From NCBI GenBank assembly GCA_000002445.1, contig AL929603.2, forward strand, positions 96,001 through 160,000: DNA of 64,000 bases, given 5' to 3'. Shown here piece by piece: positions 23,436 to 34,248 of this stretch. The translations under genes were made by a program, and so were the position numbers. Position 1 is the stretch's first letter, and each line of letters begins with the position of its first letter. The DNA comes from Trypanosoma brucei. Its lineage: Eukaryota. A model generated the notes under the pieces. It had not been told where the DNA came from, did not search any database, and saw nothing but the letters and a program-made list of their open reading frames with translations.

Positions 23436-26029
23436 CGAATTATGTTGGAACTGCAGGTATCATTCAACCTAAGAGTAAAAACACCCTTCCTTCTGTTGTG
23501 AGCCGCAACCATGCCGTGATGAAGTTACAAGTGGAAGGAGTTGACTCAAATCATTCATCACCTAATCTCTGTAATGTGAATATGTTTGTTGAGAGATATT
23601 CGTATGTTAATGAGAGACCATTATGCAGAGGGAAGAACAGCCGACGACTGCAACCTAAAACCCGTAATTTGCGGACTGTGATAAACTTTAATAGTTTCAT
23701 TTTATTATGTAAAGATGGCATCAGCAGATTATACTTGTAAGCTGTTTGAAGTCAAAACAACGATACACGGAAGGGAATGTACAAGTGGTGATTTAAATCG
23801 TATGTTTATGAGAAATTTGTAGTGTGAATCAACTGTTGAAATATGTTGTGCGACATTAACACCAGATTTTTTTTTTTCATATTATTCTTCTTTTCTTTTT
23901 TTTTTTGCTTGTCTGTCGAACAATCTGAGGTTTAGTTGATATATTCCTGAGTTTCATCACATGTGTTGCTGTTTATATAATACTAATCGTTACAAACTAA
24001 ATATCTGCAGTAAGTATATTAAAAGCATACGATTTGTCACCACCTCTTGTTTAATTTCTCTTTATTCAAACGGCACTTTCTTTTAATCTTGTAAATAATT
24101 TTTTTATCGTTGTTTCATTTGTTTGTACCCTTCATCCTCTGCGCACAGTGTTGTATTTATTTGCTTCTACACGCTCGCAAAAAAAAAAATATATATATAT
24201 ATATATCATTTTTAAACAAATCGCTTTTGTGACTGATGTTTGTTCGGTTTGCATCGTATTATAAGTGGAATGTAAGATTCGTTGATTAAACATTTCATGG
24301 CGCATCATTACCAATTTGTTTGCTATGAACTCACAATTAACCATGAGAAAGGTTTTTACGACTCATACTCCCTGCATAAGTGCAATGCACTGAAGGAATG
24401 TAATTTAATTAATTAATCTATTTATTTTTTATTACTATCATTTTTATTACCATTATTATTGTCAGTATTAATATTCAGGTTTTCATCCATCACTATTTTA
24501 TTATTTATATTTTCTTTCCAACATCTGTTTCAAGAAACATGGTCGATTGGAAATAATGTAAACATCAATGGTTAGAGAAACTTTGATTTGCCTTGAGCGT
24601 GCAGATGCGCACAGTTCAAAAGGTTTCAGAAAGGTGATGGGGAACTTTAACCATATTTTTTATTACTGAATTCTTTCTCTCAAATGTTTTTGTTCTTTTG
24701 TATTGCACTTACATTCAAAACCAATTGGGCAGCGCTTCGAAGACAGTCAAGTGGCGTATGGAAATATTTGCGTATTGGTGGTTCTTTAAATTGTGATGAT
24801 TACGTTCCTAACGGTGATGGAAAAAAATTAACATATGAATGTGTGTTCAATAATAATAATTATTATTAAATGCCAAGTTCCCTTACATTTTGTATCAAAT
24901 AGTGAGTCTTTTTTTTAATCTCATTTTTTTAAAATGCGTATCGAGGTTTAGGAGGCACAATGTTGCTTAAAACTCAACTCTCACGAAAATGACACAAATT
25001 AAGGGAAGCTTCTATCGCAGCCACCATTTCCATGTGTGCAACAGTAATCGAGTCATTGTAACAATATATTTTTTGCGCGTGTGAAGTGTGAAATCCTCAT
25101 GAGAACTCAAAATTTACTACAATAATACTCATTATGCAAGGTGCTTTGAGTGGGTAAGGCGGCGCAGACTCAAATATCCAAAACAATTTATTTTCCCATA
25201 TGGCGGAACGAACGGAAACTGTAGTGAAACACACACTGCAAAGCGAGAAAAGTATATCTCCTGGTGCCGACACTCTCCAACGATGTGAACACAAACTCTT
25301 CATTTACGAACAGGAGGCTTCAGTTTGTTTATTTGTTTGTTTGTTTTTGAATCCATTCCTCACACCAGCGTCCAACATTAAATACAGGGAATTCAGAAAC
25401 TTTATCATGACCATTATTGTTGTGTCTTGTAAGATGATGCATATTTTATGATAGGAACTTACTGGGCACCAGCAGCCAACAAAGAAATACGAAAGAATAC
25501 AACAGTGATAAACATATATTACCTTGAAGTTACATGTGTACATTTGCGCGGAATTAGCTCAGTGGTGTTTGCGAACTCAGAGAATGAGGAAAACCAACAG
25601 TCAGATGAAATGAATAAAATACCAAATGTCGTGCATTCCTTGGAGGCATGAAAATAGATTCAATAACGCTAAGGTGTGACAGCAATGAGGCATGCCTCTG
25701 CTTGTAAACATGCGTTAAAAAGAGGGGAAATGTCAGTGAATACCTGAGGCAGCGCCAAAACTATTTTTTTTAATGGCCACCATGCTGCAGTAGAGCACTG
25801 TGGAAATATTTTCATTGGATAGAAAAATGTGTGTGGAAAGCTTATTAAAATTATTTGAAATTTATAACTGTTCTATCTGAGTAACCATGTGCGTCCTTTA
25901 GTATAGGAATCCCTTTGCGATAAAGCTTTTGTATCCTTTAAAAGGAAACACTAAGAAGCCGAATTAGTTAGAAAAGTAAAGCAAATATTTTAATCAAGAA
26001 CAATACTCAACATTTTGCTTCAGGACACC

Positions 26030-26517
26030 AGACACTTATTCTGGGAGAAAAGCGTCTGAGGGAACGTGAAGCAAGAGGTGATAATGTTTTCAGTTTATAT
26101 GGCTCCGTATGCAATTCAAAGTGGAGTGACATTATAATGGACAATGGAACTCAAATGCTGGGCATGAAGTTTGTTGATGGAACGCGTGCTGATGATATAA
26201 TGTGGAAAGATGAAGAAGTTAATGTCGTCCCCAAAATTGAGGAAACTTTTGAACATAAGCCGGAACGCACGGGAAGGAGGTGAAGCAACGGTTCCAACAT
26301 CTTAAATGGAGTGGTCGTACTCACAGTTTAATATTTAAATTCACAATGACATTCTCATTCAGAGAAAGGACTGGAGACTGAAATGTTGTGGAAAGAAAGC
26401 TCTGCGCTTGGCCAGCTGAGGAAACTCGAATACTAAGACACGCACCAAATCCTTACATTGTGATTGGAAACTCCAGAATCAGTAAGTCACTGGCCATCGG
26501 CTCACTTCTCCTTCACA
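26030..26517 (+). pseudogene. RHS: RHS gene 5' portion (degenerate) upstream of the ingi insertion
   Basis: The translation reads ...LYGSVCNSKWSDIIMDNGTQMLGMKFVDGTRADDIMWKDEEVNVVPKIEETFEHKPERT.... It parallels the RHS at 60384 (LYESIYNAKLSHIIIDDGTQPLGMRLVDGMPNEGLMWKDEEVNVVPEIEETLEQKPERT). A P-loop remnant reads IVIGNSRISKSLAIGSLLLHTL. The frame is interrupted by stops. Confidence 0.75.
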
Positions 26518-27674
26518 CCCTGGCGATGCCGGCCACCTCAACGTGGTGCCAGGGTCCAGTACCCCGTATCATCGGGGGAAGCCAAGAGCCAGCAGAGTTC
26601 CTTTCATGGGGAACACTGCTGTGCTCCGGCTACGGCATCATACAGCACAGGGATCAGCAGCGTCTTGCTGGGACACCGTTTTTCATTTGTCGGTCCCTGG
26701 GCACGTGCCAGCGTGCCATCAGCAGTATCATCCGCACTAAGATGCTGCTGTCCGGTGATGTGGAAGAGAATCCCGGCCCGTCGTTGCGCGGGATGCAGTG
26801 GAACTGCGCCGGGCTATCTCAAGGAAAGAGATTAGCACTCCACAAAACCCTTGTTGATGAGCGGATCGCCTTTTGTCTGTTGAGCGAGACAAGGATGACG
26901 CCTGGAGAGGCGGCTTGCTTTAGCGTTGCTGGCTACCAACATCACGGAATAGCTCGTAACTGCAAAGGAGGTGGTGTATCAATACTAGTGAGGGAGGACC
27001 TACCAGTCGAGACCGGTATGGCCGTTGTTGGTCGCATTGAAAAAGTGCATGCAACAATTCACCTTGCACGTGGAACGGCGCTGACTGTCACGTCGGCATA
27101 CATCCCACCAGAACACACCTTCACGGCAACTGACCTAGATACGCTTCTGACGACTGACGGTGCCCAGCTCATCGGTGCAGACGCTAACGCACACGCGTTG
27201 GCATGGGATCGCGCGAGCCCGCCAAATACCAAGGGTGAAACCCTCACACAGTGGTGCATTGACAACCAGTTTCTGGTATGCAACACTGGTGAGTGCACCA
27301 GGTACGCGCGCCACTACGGGGAGTCCACCCCTGATGTGACACTGTCAAGGAATTGCACAGTGTACACGTGGACATCGCTGTATTCTCCCGATAGCGATCA
27401 CCATCACATATTTTTCGACGTTATCGTTGGAGACGACACAGGTGCACTGAGTTGCCCGCGGCTTCAAAAGCCCATGTACGCATGGCTAAAAGCTAACTGG
27501 AGGAATTTCCGTCTCAAGGTTGACGAGCTCTGCAGGAAAATTGGTAGAGAGAAGAATGTCAACACCCTGGAACAGAAATTGAGCTCCGCCATCCGCATTG
27601 GACACCTGAGCTCGCGAAACTCGATGAAGAGAGCGCTGGATGCGGACCCTCCCACCGAAGGGAAAAGTTGGTAG
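26388..27674 (+). CDS. Chimeric reading frame in which the RHS P-loop remnant is fused in frame to the ingi N-terminal APE-like endonuclease region
   Basis: The translation reads ...SLAIGSLLLHTL|AMPATSTWCQGPVP...QWNCAGLSQGKRLALHKTLVDERIAFCLLSETR.... The endonuclease part belongs to the element. The first 130 nt are RHS-derived. Confidence 0.7.
   Translation: MERKLCAWPAEETRILRHAPNPYIVIGNSRISKSLAIGSLLLHTLAMPATSTWCQGPVPRIIGGSQEPAEFLSWGTLLCSGYGIIQHRDQQRLAGTPFFICRSLGTCQRAISSIIRTKMLLSGDVEENPGPSLRGMQWNCAGLSQGKRLALHKTLVDERIAFCLLSETRMTPGEAACFSVAGYQHHGIARNCKGGGVSILVREDLPVETGMAVVGRIEKVHATIHLARGTALTVTSAYIPPEHTFTATDLDTLLTTDGAQLIGADANAHALAWDRASPPNTKGETLTQWCIDNQFLVCNTGECTRYARHYGESTPDVTLSRNCTVYTWTSLYSPDSDHHHIFFDVIVGDDTGALSCPRLQKPMYAWLKANWRNFRLKVDELCRKIGREKNVNTLEQKLSSAIRIGHLSSRNSMKRALDADPPTEGKSW
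26506..26517 (+). repeat. Target-site duplication TTCTCCTTCACA (5' copy)
   Basis: The identical 12-mer recurs at 31724..31735 immediately after the ingi poly(A). Confidence 0.85.
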
Positions 27675-29695
27675 CCACGCGTAAGCAGATCCTGGACCGT
27701 ACCCCAAAGAAGAGATGGAGCACGCTATGCTCCAGACTTGCGGTGTCAGACCGCTGCAGTTGGCACATTGTCAAGAAGGTATATGCGCCACGACCACTAA
27801 CCACACCGGCTGTACTTGTTGATAACGCGGCCATCACGGACTACTGTCAAGCTGAGAGGTTCAGTAAACTGTACTCGTCCCGCGCAAGAAGGCACCCCGA
27901 CTCACACCCACCGGCACCAATAAAGACGATAGCGAGTGAGTTCAGTCCCATCACGATGGCTGAACTACGGAGATCGATCAAACTGCTACCGAGTGGATCC
28001 GCAGCCGGACCTGATTGCTTATACAACGAGGCACTGCAACATCTCGGTAGAACAGCGCTGAATGTTGTTCTGAGGCTATTCAATGAGAGCCTACGAACGG
28101 GAGTCGTGCCGCCTGCATGGAAGACTGGTGTTATCATCCCCATCCTGAAGGCCGGAAAAAAGGCGGAGGACCTCGATTCTTACAGGCCTGTGACGCTCAC
28201 GAGCTGTCTCTGCAAAGTCATGGAGCGCATAATTGCCGCGAGACTTAGAGACACTGTTGAGTCCCAGCTGACGCCGCAGCAATCAGGCTTTCGCCCCGGA
28301 TGCTCAACGCTCGAACAACTCCTGCACGTCCGCGCTGCCCTCTGCCGTCCCACGCACCAATCTCGTACGGGTGCTGTATTCGTTGACTACGAGAAGGCAT
28401 TTGATACAGTAGACCACGACAAAATTGCGAGGGAAATGCACAGAATGAAGGTATCATCCCACATTGTGAAGTGGTGCGTATCATTTCTGAGTAACCGAAC
28501 TGGCAGAGTGAGATTCAAGGAGAAACTCTCCAGAAGCAGAACATTTGAGCGAGGAGTGCCACAAGGAACTGTCCTTGGCCCAATCATGTTCATTATTGTC
28601 ATGAACTCGTTGAGCCAACGCCTTGCAGAGGTGCCGTTACTGCAGCACGGATTCTTTGCAGACGACCTAACGCTACTTGCGAGGCACACAGAGAGGGATG
28701 CCATCAACCACACACTACAGTGCGGTCTAAACGTGGTGTTACAGTGGTCAAAAGAGTACTTCATGTCTGTCAACGTAGCGAAAACAAAGTGCACACTCTT
28801 CGGGTGTATAGAGCGCCACCCCCTTACGTTGCAACTGGACGGCGAAAGAATAGGAGCTGACAGGACACCGAAGCTTCTAGGAGTAACATTCCAGTGTCTG
28901 CAAGGGATGGCAACACATGCGGCCGAAACGAGACGCAAGATGGACTTCCGACTACTGCAGATAGCAGCCATCTCAGCTTCTACATGGGGGCCAAGACGAC
29001 AAGTACTGAGAACTTTTTATCTAGCACTCGTACAGGCACACACCATGTATGGCATTGAGGTATGGTACTGGGACGCTTCGGAACGAAGTCGCGACCTCCT
29101 TGCATCAGCACAACACAAAGCCAGTCGCATCATAGCCGGCATACCGCATGGGACGCGCAAAGAGGACTCTCTGCTGGAAGCAAACCTCCTGCCACTCAAG
29201 ACGGCCACTCTTGTGCGCAGCATGAAATTCATGCTGATGTGTGAGTCACGAGGCGGATGTTTGCGGCGCAGTGCTGAAGAAGTATACCACAGCAAACACC
29301 CAGTCAGAGTCTTACATTCCCGCATCATGCGGTCCTACCCCCACCTCCGCATTGAGCCACGCGAGCACCCACTAGAGACATCGACGCTCCGCCACAGCTG
29401 CCGACCGATATTTCACACGCAGATAAAGCCTGTGTGCGCTGATGACCCTGACGATGTCAAAAGGGAGGCTTCCGAAAAGTGGATTGAACGACATTTTGCA
29501 CGGAGGGGGAAGGAGCCACCGCGGCGAGAGCACTACGAATTGTGGACTGATGGATCCGTGTCCCTCGGTGAGAAGACCGGGGCAGCTGCCCTGCTCTATA
29601 GAAACAACACGCTGATTTGTGCACCAAAGACCGGAGCAGGGGAACTCTCATGCAGTTACAGAGCGGAATGCGTAGCATTAGAGATAGGACTGTAA
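27668..29695 (+). CDS. ingi reverse transcriptase / RNase H ORF fragment (675 aa)
   Basis: RT motifs are present (...YRPVTLTSCLCKVMERII..., FADD). An RNase H-like C-terminal end is present. The start is offset by -1 from the upstream ORF. Confidence 0.85.
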   Translation: MVATRKQILDRTPKKRWSTLCSRLAVSDRCSWHIVKKVYAPRPLTTPAVLVDNAAITDYCQAERFSKLYSSRARRHPDSHPPAPIKTIASEFSPITMAELRRSIKLLPSGSAAGPDCLYNEALQHLGRTALNVVLRLFNESLRTGVVPPAWKTGVIIPILKAGKKAEDLDSYRPVTLTSCLCKVMERIIAARLRDTVESQLTPQQSGFRPGCSTLEQLLHVRAALCRPTHQSRTGAVFVDYEKAFDTVDHDKIAREMHRMKVSSHIVKWCVSFLSNRTGRVRFKEKLSRSRTFERGVPQGTVLGPIMFIIVMNSLSQRLAEVPLLQHGFFADDLTLLARHTERDAINHTLQCGLNVVLQWSKEYFMSVNVAKTKCTLFGCIERHPLTLQLDGERIGADRTPKLLGVTFQCLQGMATHAAETRRKMDFRLLQIAAISASTWGPRRQVLRTFYLALVQAHTMYGIEVWYWDASERSRDLLASAQHKASRIIAGIPHGTRKEDSLLEANLLPLKTATLVRSMKFMLMCESRGGCLRRSAEEVYHSKHPVRVLHSRIMRSYPHLRIEPREHPLETSTLRHSCRPIFHTQIKPVCADDPDDVKREASEKWIERHFARRGKEPPRREHYELWTDGSVSLGEKTGAAALLYRNNTLICAPKTGAGELSCSYRAECVALEIGL

Positions 29696-29740
29696 CGGCT
29701 GCTGAAATGGCTTCCGGCTTACAGAAGCACACCGAGCAGG

Positions 29741-31084
29741 TTGTCCATCTTCTCTGACTCGCTGTCAATGTTAACAGCACTGCAGGCAGGTCCACTAGCC
29801 GTAACGGACCCAATTCTGAGACGACTATGGAGGCTTCTGCTTCAAGTTCAGAGAAGGAAGGTGCGTATCCTAATTCAATTTATGTTCGGTCATTGTGATA
29901 TGAAACGGAATGAGGTTTGTGATGAAATGGCTAAAAAGGCCGCAGATTTACCACAGTTGCGAGACACATGGATCCCCGACATCATTGCTTATGCGAAGCG
30001 AGTGCTTAGGTCGGAAGAAGTCCATGAGAACACTCATAGGTTTGGTATCACTGGCAACCACTTTTCAACAAAATATAAAGAAGAACTGACGAGGGAAGAA
30101 GAAACGGCACTGGCACGCTTTCGGGTTGGGTCTTCAAGACACTATGGATGGATGTTGCGAAAGATCAACCCGAGTGTGCCTCCACAGTGCCGATGGTGCA
30201 ACCCGCAACATGCAGCGATAGGGCCAACAATACAAAAGGCCCCAACTGTTGCGACACGCACTCTTCAGAGAACCTCCGAACCGACCAAATGTACGGAATG
30301 TGATGCCACATACCAATGCCGCTCGAGTGCTGTAACGCATATGGTAAACAAACATGGCTTTGTGCGAGCTGATGCCCTCCGGAGGATCAAATACGGCGAT
30401 GCAACACCCGCAGTGGATATCCCCCCGGAGCCCCCTCCAGTGGTGGCGATCGTTCCCCTACCATCGAGCACACGAGTCCCGATGAGACCGCAGGTGCTTC
30501 ATTGTACCATCTGTGCCTCCAAATTCGCAGTGCCAGGCCGACTATTACACCACCTTAGAACAATACATGGCATAGGCAGCGGTAGTTTCCGCGTGAAAAG
30601 GGGGCGAGAGAACGAAGACTCATTGCAAGGAGATGGTAGCGCTCCAGCAGCGCCAGCCTCTCAGGATACACGGAAGCTGCCGTTTCAATGTGACCTGTGC
30701 GAGGCGAGCTTCGGTACACGTTCTTCCCTGACACTACACAAAAAATTCAAACATAAAAGCATAGTGACGGAGGACGGTACCGTGGTGTTAGTGCAATTCC
30801 CTCGTAAGCGTGCCCGTGAGGGAAACGTTGACGTCCCGGGGAAGGGCGAGGTGCAGTGTGGTGTGTGTGCCAAAAAGTGCTCAGTTGCAGGGACTCCCTC
30901 ATCCGACACTGTAAGGCTTTCCACAAAGGTGAGGAAGTCGAGCTTAAATGCAGCAAAAGCACAAAATTGTGTGCCACTGATTCCCCCCGTACAAACACAT
31001 CCATGTTGGTGTGCCCGACATGCGGAAGGCAGTGTGCTAGCAAAACTGGCCTCACCCTACATCAAAAGAAGATGCACGGTATGA
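29741..31084 (+). CDS. ingi C-terminal ORF fragment with multiple C2H2 zinc fingers
   Basis: The fingers read CTECDATYQCRSSAVTHMVNKHG, CTICASKFAVPGRLLHHLRTIHG, CDLCEASFGTRSSLTLHKKFKHK and CPTCGRQCASKTGLTLHQKKMHG. The frame continues as 30856..31452 after a frameshift. Confidence 0.8.
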   Translation: MSIFSDSLSMLTALQAGPLAVTDPILRRLWRLLLQVQRRKVRILIQFMFGHCDMKRNEVCDEMAKKAADLPQLRDTWIPDIIAYAKRVLRSEEVHENTHRFGITGNHFSTKYKEELTREEETALARFRVGSSRHYGWMLRKINPSVPPQCRWCNPQHAAIGPTIQKAPTVATRTLQRTSEPTKCTECDATYQCRSSAVTHMVNKHGFVRADALRRIKYGDATPAVDIPPEPPPVVAIVPLPSSTRVPMRPQVLHCTICASKFAVPGRLLHHLRTIHGIGSGSFRVKRGRENEDSLQGDGSAPAAPASQDTRKLPFQCDLCEASFGTRSSLTLHKKFKHKSIVTEDGTVVLVQFPRKRAREGNVDVPGKGEVQCGVCAKKCSVAGTPSSDTVRLSTKVRKSSLNAAKAQNCVPLIPPVQTHPCWCARHAEGSVLAKLASPYIKRRCTV

Positions 31085-31723
31085 AGGTAGAGCGCGCTGT
31101 AACCAGCCAACGCGGCGACTGCGAAGAAACGTCGCTGCACTTGATGAGCTGTCCCGGTTTGAAGAAGTTACGTGTCAGGTTTGCGGTAGAAGGTGAGTGT
31201 GTGCGGGATGTATGCTTCTCCAAAAGGCTGGCGCAATTTCTCATTGCGGTTGAACGGAGCCGGCCGCAGGTGAAGTCCTCACCTAAGGTAACAGTCATAC
31301 AACCCACTCTTCCTTCTGCAACTTCCCCCCTTATTGCCGAGTGTGGAGCTAGCAGGAAAAGCACCGGACGCAGGAATAGTCCAGACACCCTCAGAGACAG
31401 AGGAGGTATGCAGTCAACAAGCAACAGAAACAGAAAGAGGGGGAGAGAATAATAAACGAATAACAAAAATCAAAACAAAAGGATTGCCAATTGACATCTT
31501 TTGGAGAGTCCAGGGTGGGAGGCTTCTCGCCCCATCTGCTGTATTCCGTTCATATGCGGAAATACAACAAAAATTATAGAGAGTGTGTTAGGATGAATGA
31601 AAAAGGGAGACTCTGCCACAGTCGCCAGACCGATAGCATTTCAGGGCTCTACGGTGATGGCTGATGGCCGCGCCAGTGGGGGGAAACTCCCACGAAGGCA
31701 CGAAGAAAATTCAAAAAAAAAAA

Positions 31724-31800
31724 TTCTCCTTCACAAACTAAAGCATGATGCCAGAGTATTGCCTGTTACCGCATATTTTATAGGAGGTCATGCATGCATA
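31724..31800 (+). pseudogene. RHS: TSD (3' copy) followed by RHS continuation after the ingi
   Basis: TTCTCCTTCACA is followed by LLHKLKHDARVLPVTAYFIGG. Intact RHS reads LYKLLHYDAEELPVVAYFRG at this point. Confidence 0.75.
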
Positions 31801-32410
31801 TATATATGTATATGTATATATGTCTGTGTTGTATCTTGGAACGTTGCGCCCATATGGCAAATGGATTGGAAGACTGCTGCTGCATAAATTCATCAACCTT
31901 GGTCGCATCTATCGTACAGGAGATTCCGAAACGTATGTGTGCACGCTGCACTTTGAATCCGCATTGAGGGTGGTAACTTTCCAGTCGCGCAGAGACGTTG
32001 CACGACAACATTGTGTGAGGAGAGTCACTCATATACAGATCAGTTTTGTCTTGTGTTTTGAAGGTGATGCCGCAAGTGCTTTCGATTTTCCCAGGGTATT
32101 ATTTCCTTTTATTGACATGATAGGGTCATTGCCCGCAACCGCGGAGTGGAAACAGGAAACGATGCAGGATGTCAGCGTGTTGAACCGCCTGAGCGATATT
32201 TTCCTGAACTTCAGTAAAGCACAGCGCCTTCCAAATATCCATGAGGGAACAATCAACTCTCCACACACCATGCAACTTTACGGGTTCCCACCCATTTTCC
32301 CACTATTTGATACCTTGTTTGTTGTGGATTGCGACACAACCACCGAAGTTGAAAATCAACGAAAAATAAACGGTGGTGATGTTGCAATTCCAAACTGCTG
32401 GATCACATGA
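31790..32410 (+). CDS. Conserved 206-aa ORF, 100% identical in both arms (mirror at 37784..38404 -); possibly a remnant of an RHS 3' region
   Basis: Similarity to the RHS C-terminal region is weak (TYVCTLHFESALRVV versus TYVCVAHSESIKKRI). The ORF begins inside the (TATATG)n tract, so a genuine start is doubtful. Confidence 0.25.
   Translation: MHAYIYVYVYMSVLYLGTLRPYGKWIGRLLLHKFINLGRIYRTGDSETYVCTLHFESALRVVTFQSRRDVARQHCVRRVTHIQISFVLCFEGDAASAFDFPRVLFPFIDMIGSLPATAEWKQETMQDVSVLNRLSDIFLNFSKAQRLPNIHEGTINSPHTMQLYGFPPIFPLFDTLFVVDCDTTTEVENQRKINGGDVAIPNCWIT
31795..31830. repeat. (TATATG/TATG)n microsatellite at the RHS remnant junction (mirror at about 38375..38410)
   Basis: catatatatatgtatatgtatatatgtctgtg seen in the sequence. 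Confidence 0.85.
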
Positions 32411-34248
32411 TAACAAAACAGGAACAGCCCTTAATATGCTCGAGAATCCTGTCCTTCTAACATGTGATGCGAATAGGGATATGTTTTTGGGAAATTTTAT
32501 GAATGAATTTGGGTGGGGAGTTATTTGTGCTCAGCATGTTGCCGTCAGAAAGATGAGACGCCAACAATTGTGCAACGATACAGCGGGCAAATGAAGTGAG
32601 GAAGATCGCAAATATGTTCATTTATTTTGGGCCAACAGTATGAAACATTACCTTGTGCAATTTAATGTTAATACCGTCGCTATGTTAGCTATTGAAAATA
32701 TTGCGGGGAGGGGAAGTAACCGACATGGATGTAAATCATGAAAGAGCGGCTGTGGGAAATCAATAAAAGAGAGGAAGGAGAAGAGTAAACGGGGAAAACA
32801 TCAACAAAAGAGTGTGGAAACAAATAATCACGGCAGGTGATGTCACGGTATAACTCTGTGTTAGGAGGGTTGTGGACTCTATCAAAATTAACCTCTCGGC
32901 AGTAAGCACAGTTAACAACGAGCGTATGATCCCTTTTTAAAATTTGGTTACTTTAATTCGTTTTTTTTTATTACTTAACGATGTTAACATTAGATACGAT
33001 ATGCATTTTTTGTAGAAGCACATATGTGTTAATGAAAACATTGCAACATTGTTTACATCAGATATTAATACTTAGCTGCCTAACCGTAATTTCCTACAGA
33101 GCGTGTCGTTTACGGTTTTCATTTCTACCAGATGGATGTCACATATTGTGTTTAATATTTTACACTGAGTGATGTGTCCGAAATATTTTTTTTTCTTAAT
33201 CGTCGACGCCCCTTTCACCTTTTCATGTATTCTCCTAATTTTTCTCTACCATTTGTTACTTAAGGTGCGCACAGATACGAATGTATGAAGGTTTCTGTGC
33301 AAGAAGCCGAGGTGTCCAGTTCACTATTTATTTGATGGAAAGTCATTATTTTGAGTGTGCGATTCGTTGTACATCCACTGGCTACCGGCACAGCGTATGT
33401 TATCACTTGCCCTATCTTTCATATGATTACTCTAAAATGATTAGAGTTCAGCGGTATGAAAAGTGTAATAATACCCGAGAAGTGCAGTTCCAACTGTTGA
33501 TGGGTAATATTTATGTTTGATTGTCAGGTGGTGATTTACTAACATGAAGTATGCAGTTTATTATGATAGGCTGAGAAGGAGGGGAATGATGATGCGTTGA
33601 AGGACGTGAGGTAACTGATAGTATTATTATTATTATTGTTTTTTTTTGTTAACTGATGTATTCCATAACATTGAGGATGCAGTGGGACTTAGGGGTGAAG
33701 CACTTTGGGAACTGTATTTGTGTTTGCATGGATGAGCTTGAGCCAATAGAACCCGCTGTCGCGTATCAACAAGAGTGGAAATTAGTGGAACAGTTTTTGT
33801 ATGTTTCTTTGTATTGTGGTGAGCTTTCGTTGATTTCCCTCTTAACTTTCGTTGTTTATTGATTTTTGTTATTTGTTGTTTCATTCATTTTGGATCGTCA
33901 GAAATGTGAGGGTGCAATGTGTTTGTTTTTGGTTTTTTTCACACCGCCCACAGTTGGGATTGGTGATGCATGAAATTCATTATTTTTATATTTGGCATAT
34001 GATAACAAGGCAAGGGAAATATTTATACAGCTGCCGTATTTTGGAATTGTTTTCCTTAATACCAAATAAGGTATAATACCGTATAACACAAACAATAGTG
34101 AATAAATATTATCTCGCTTTATTACTTTTGTTATTATATTAAACTATTCGCACACTGTTATTTTCCTCATCGGTTATTTTACTTCAGTTATTTATATTTT
34201 CAGAGAAGTAAAGGAAAGGGAAGTTAAATTAAGTTAATAATAAAATGT

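Larger units (their letters stand above)
26518..31723 (+). mobile_element. ingi non-LTR retrotransposon, full length (5206 bp), degenerate (DING-like) with frameshifts and an in-frame stop
   Basis: The element starts CCCTGGCGATGCCGGCCACC and ends in A11 (31713..31723). It carries an APE-like endonuclease, an RT with the FADD motif (GFFADDLTLLARH), an RNase H region (TDGSVSLGEKTGAAALLY) and a C2H2 zinc-finger tail. The frame is broken at about 27670 and about 30880, with a stop at 29696..29698. Confidence 0.95.

Noticed and set aside
25541-25590. tRNA-like start GCGCGGAATTAGCTCAGTGGT (mirrored near 39950)
   Set aside because: The D-arm cannot close, with no GAGC partner at the right spacing, and there is no T-arm GTTCGAATC-like box. 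It is probably a chance match.
21318-26030. A 4.7-kb AT-rich stretch downstream of the LRRP with many short ORFs
   Set aside because: The ORFs are short, AT-driven and without motifs. The stretch reads as 3' UTR or intergenic DNA with (TA)n and (TTTG)n microsatellites.
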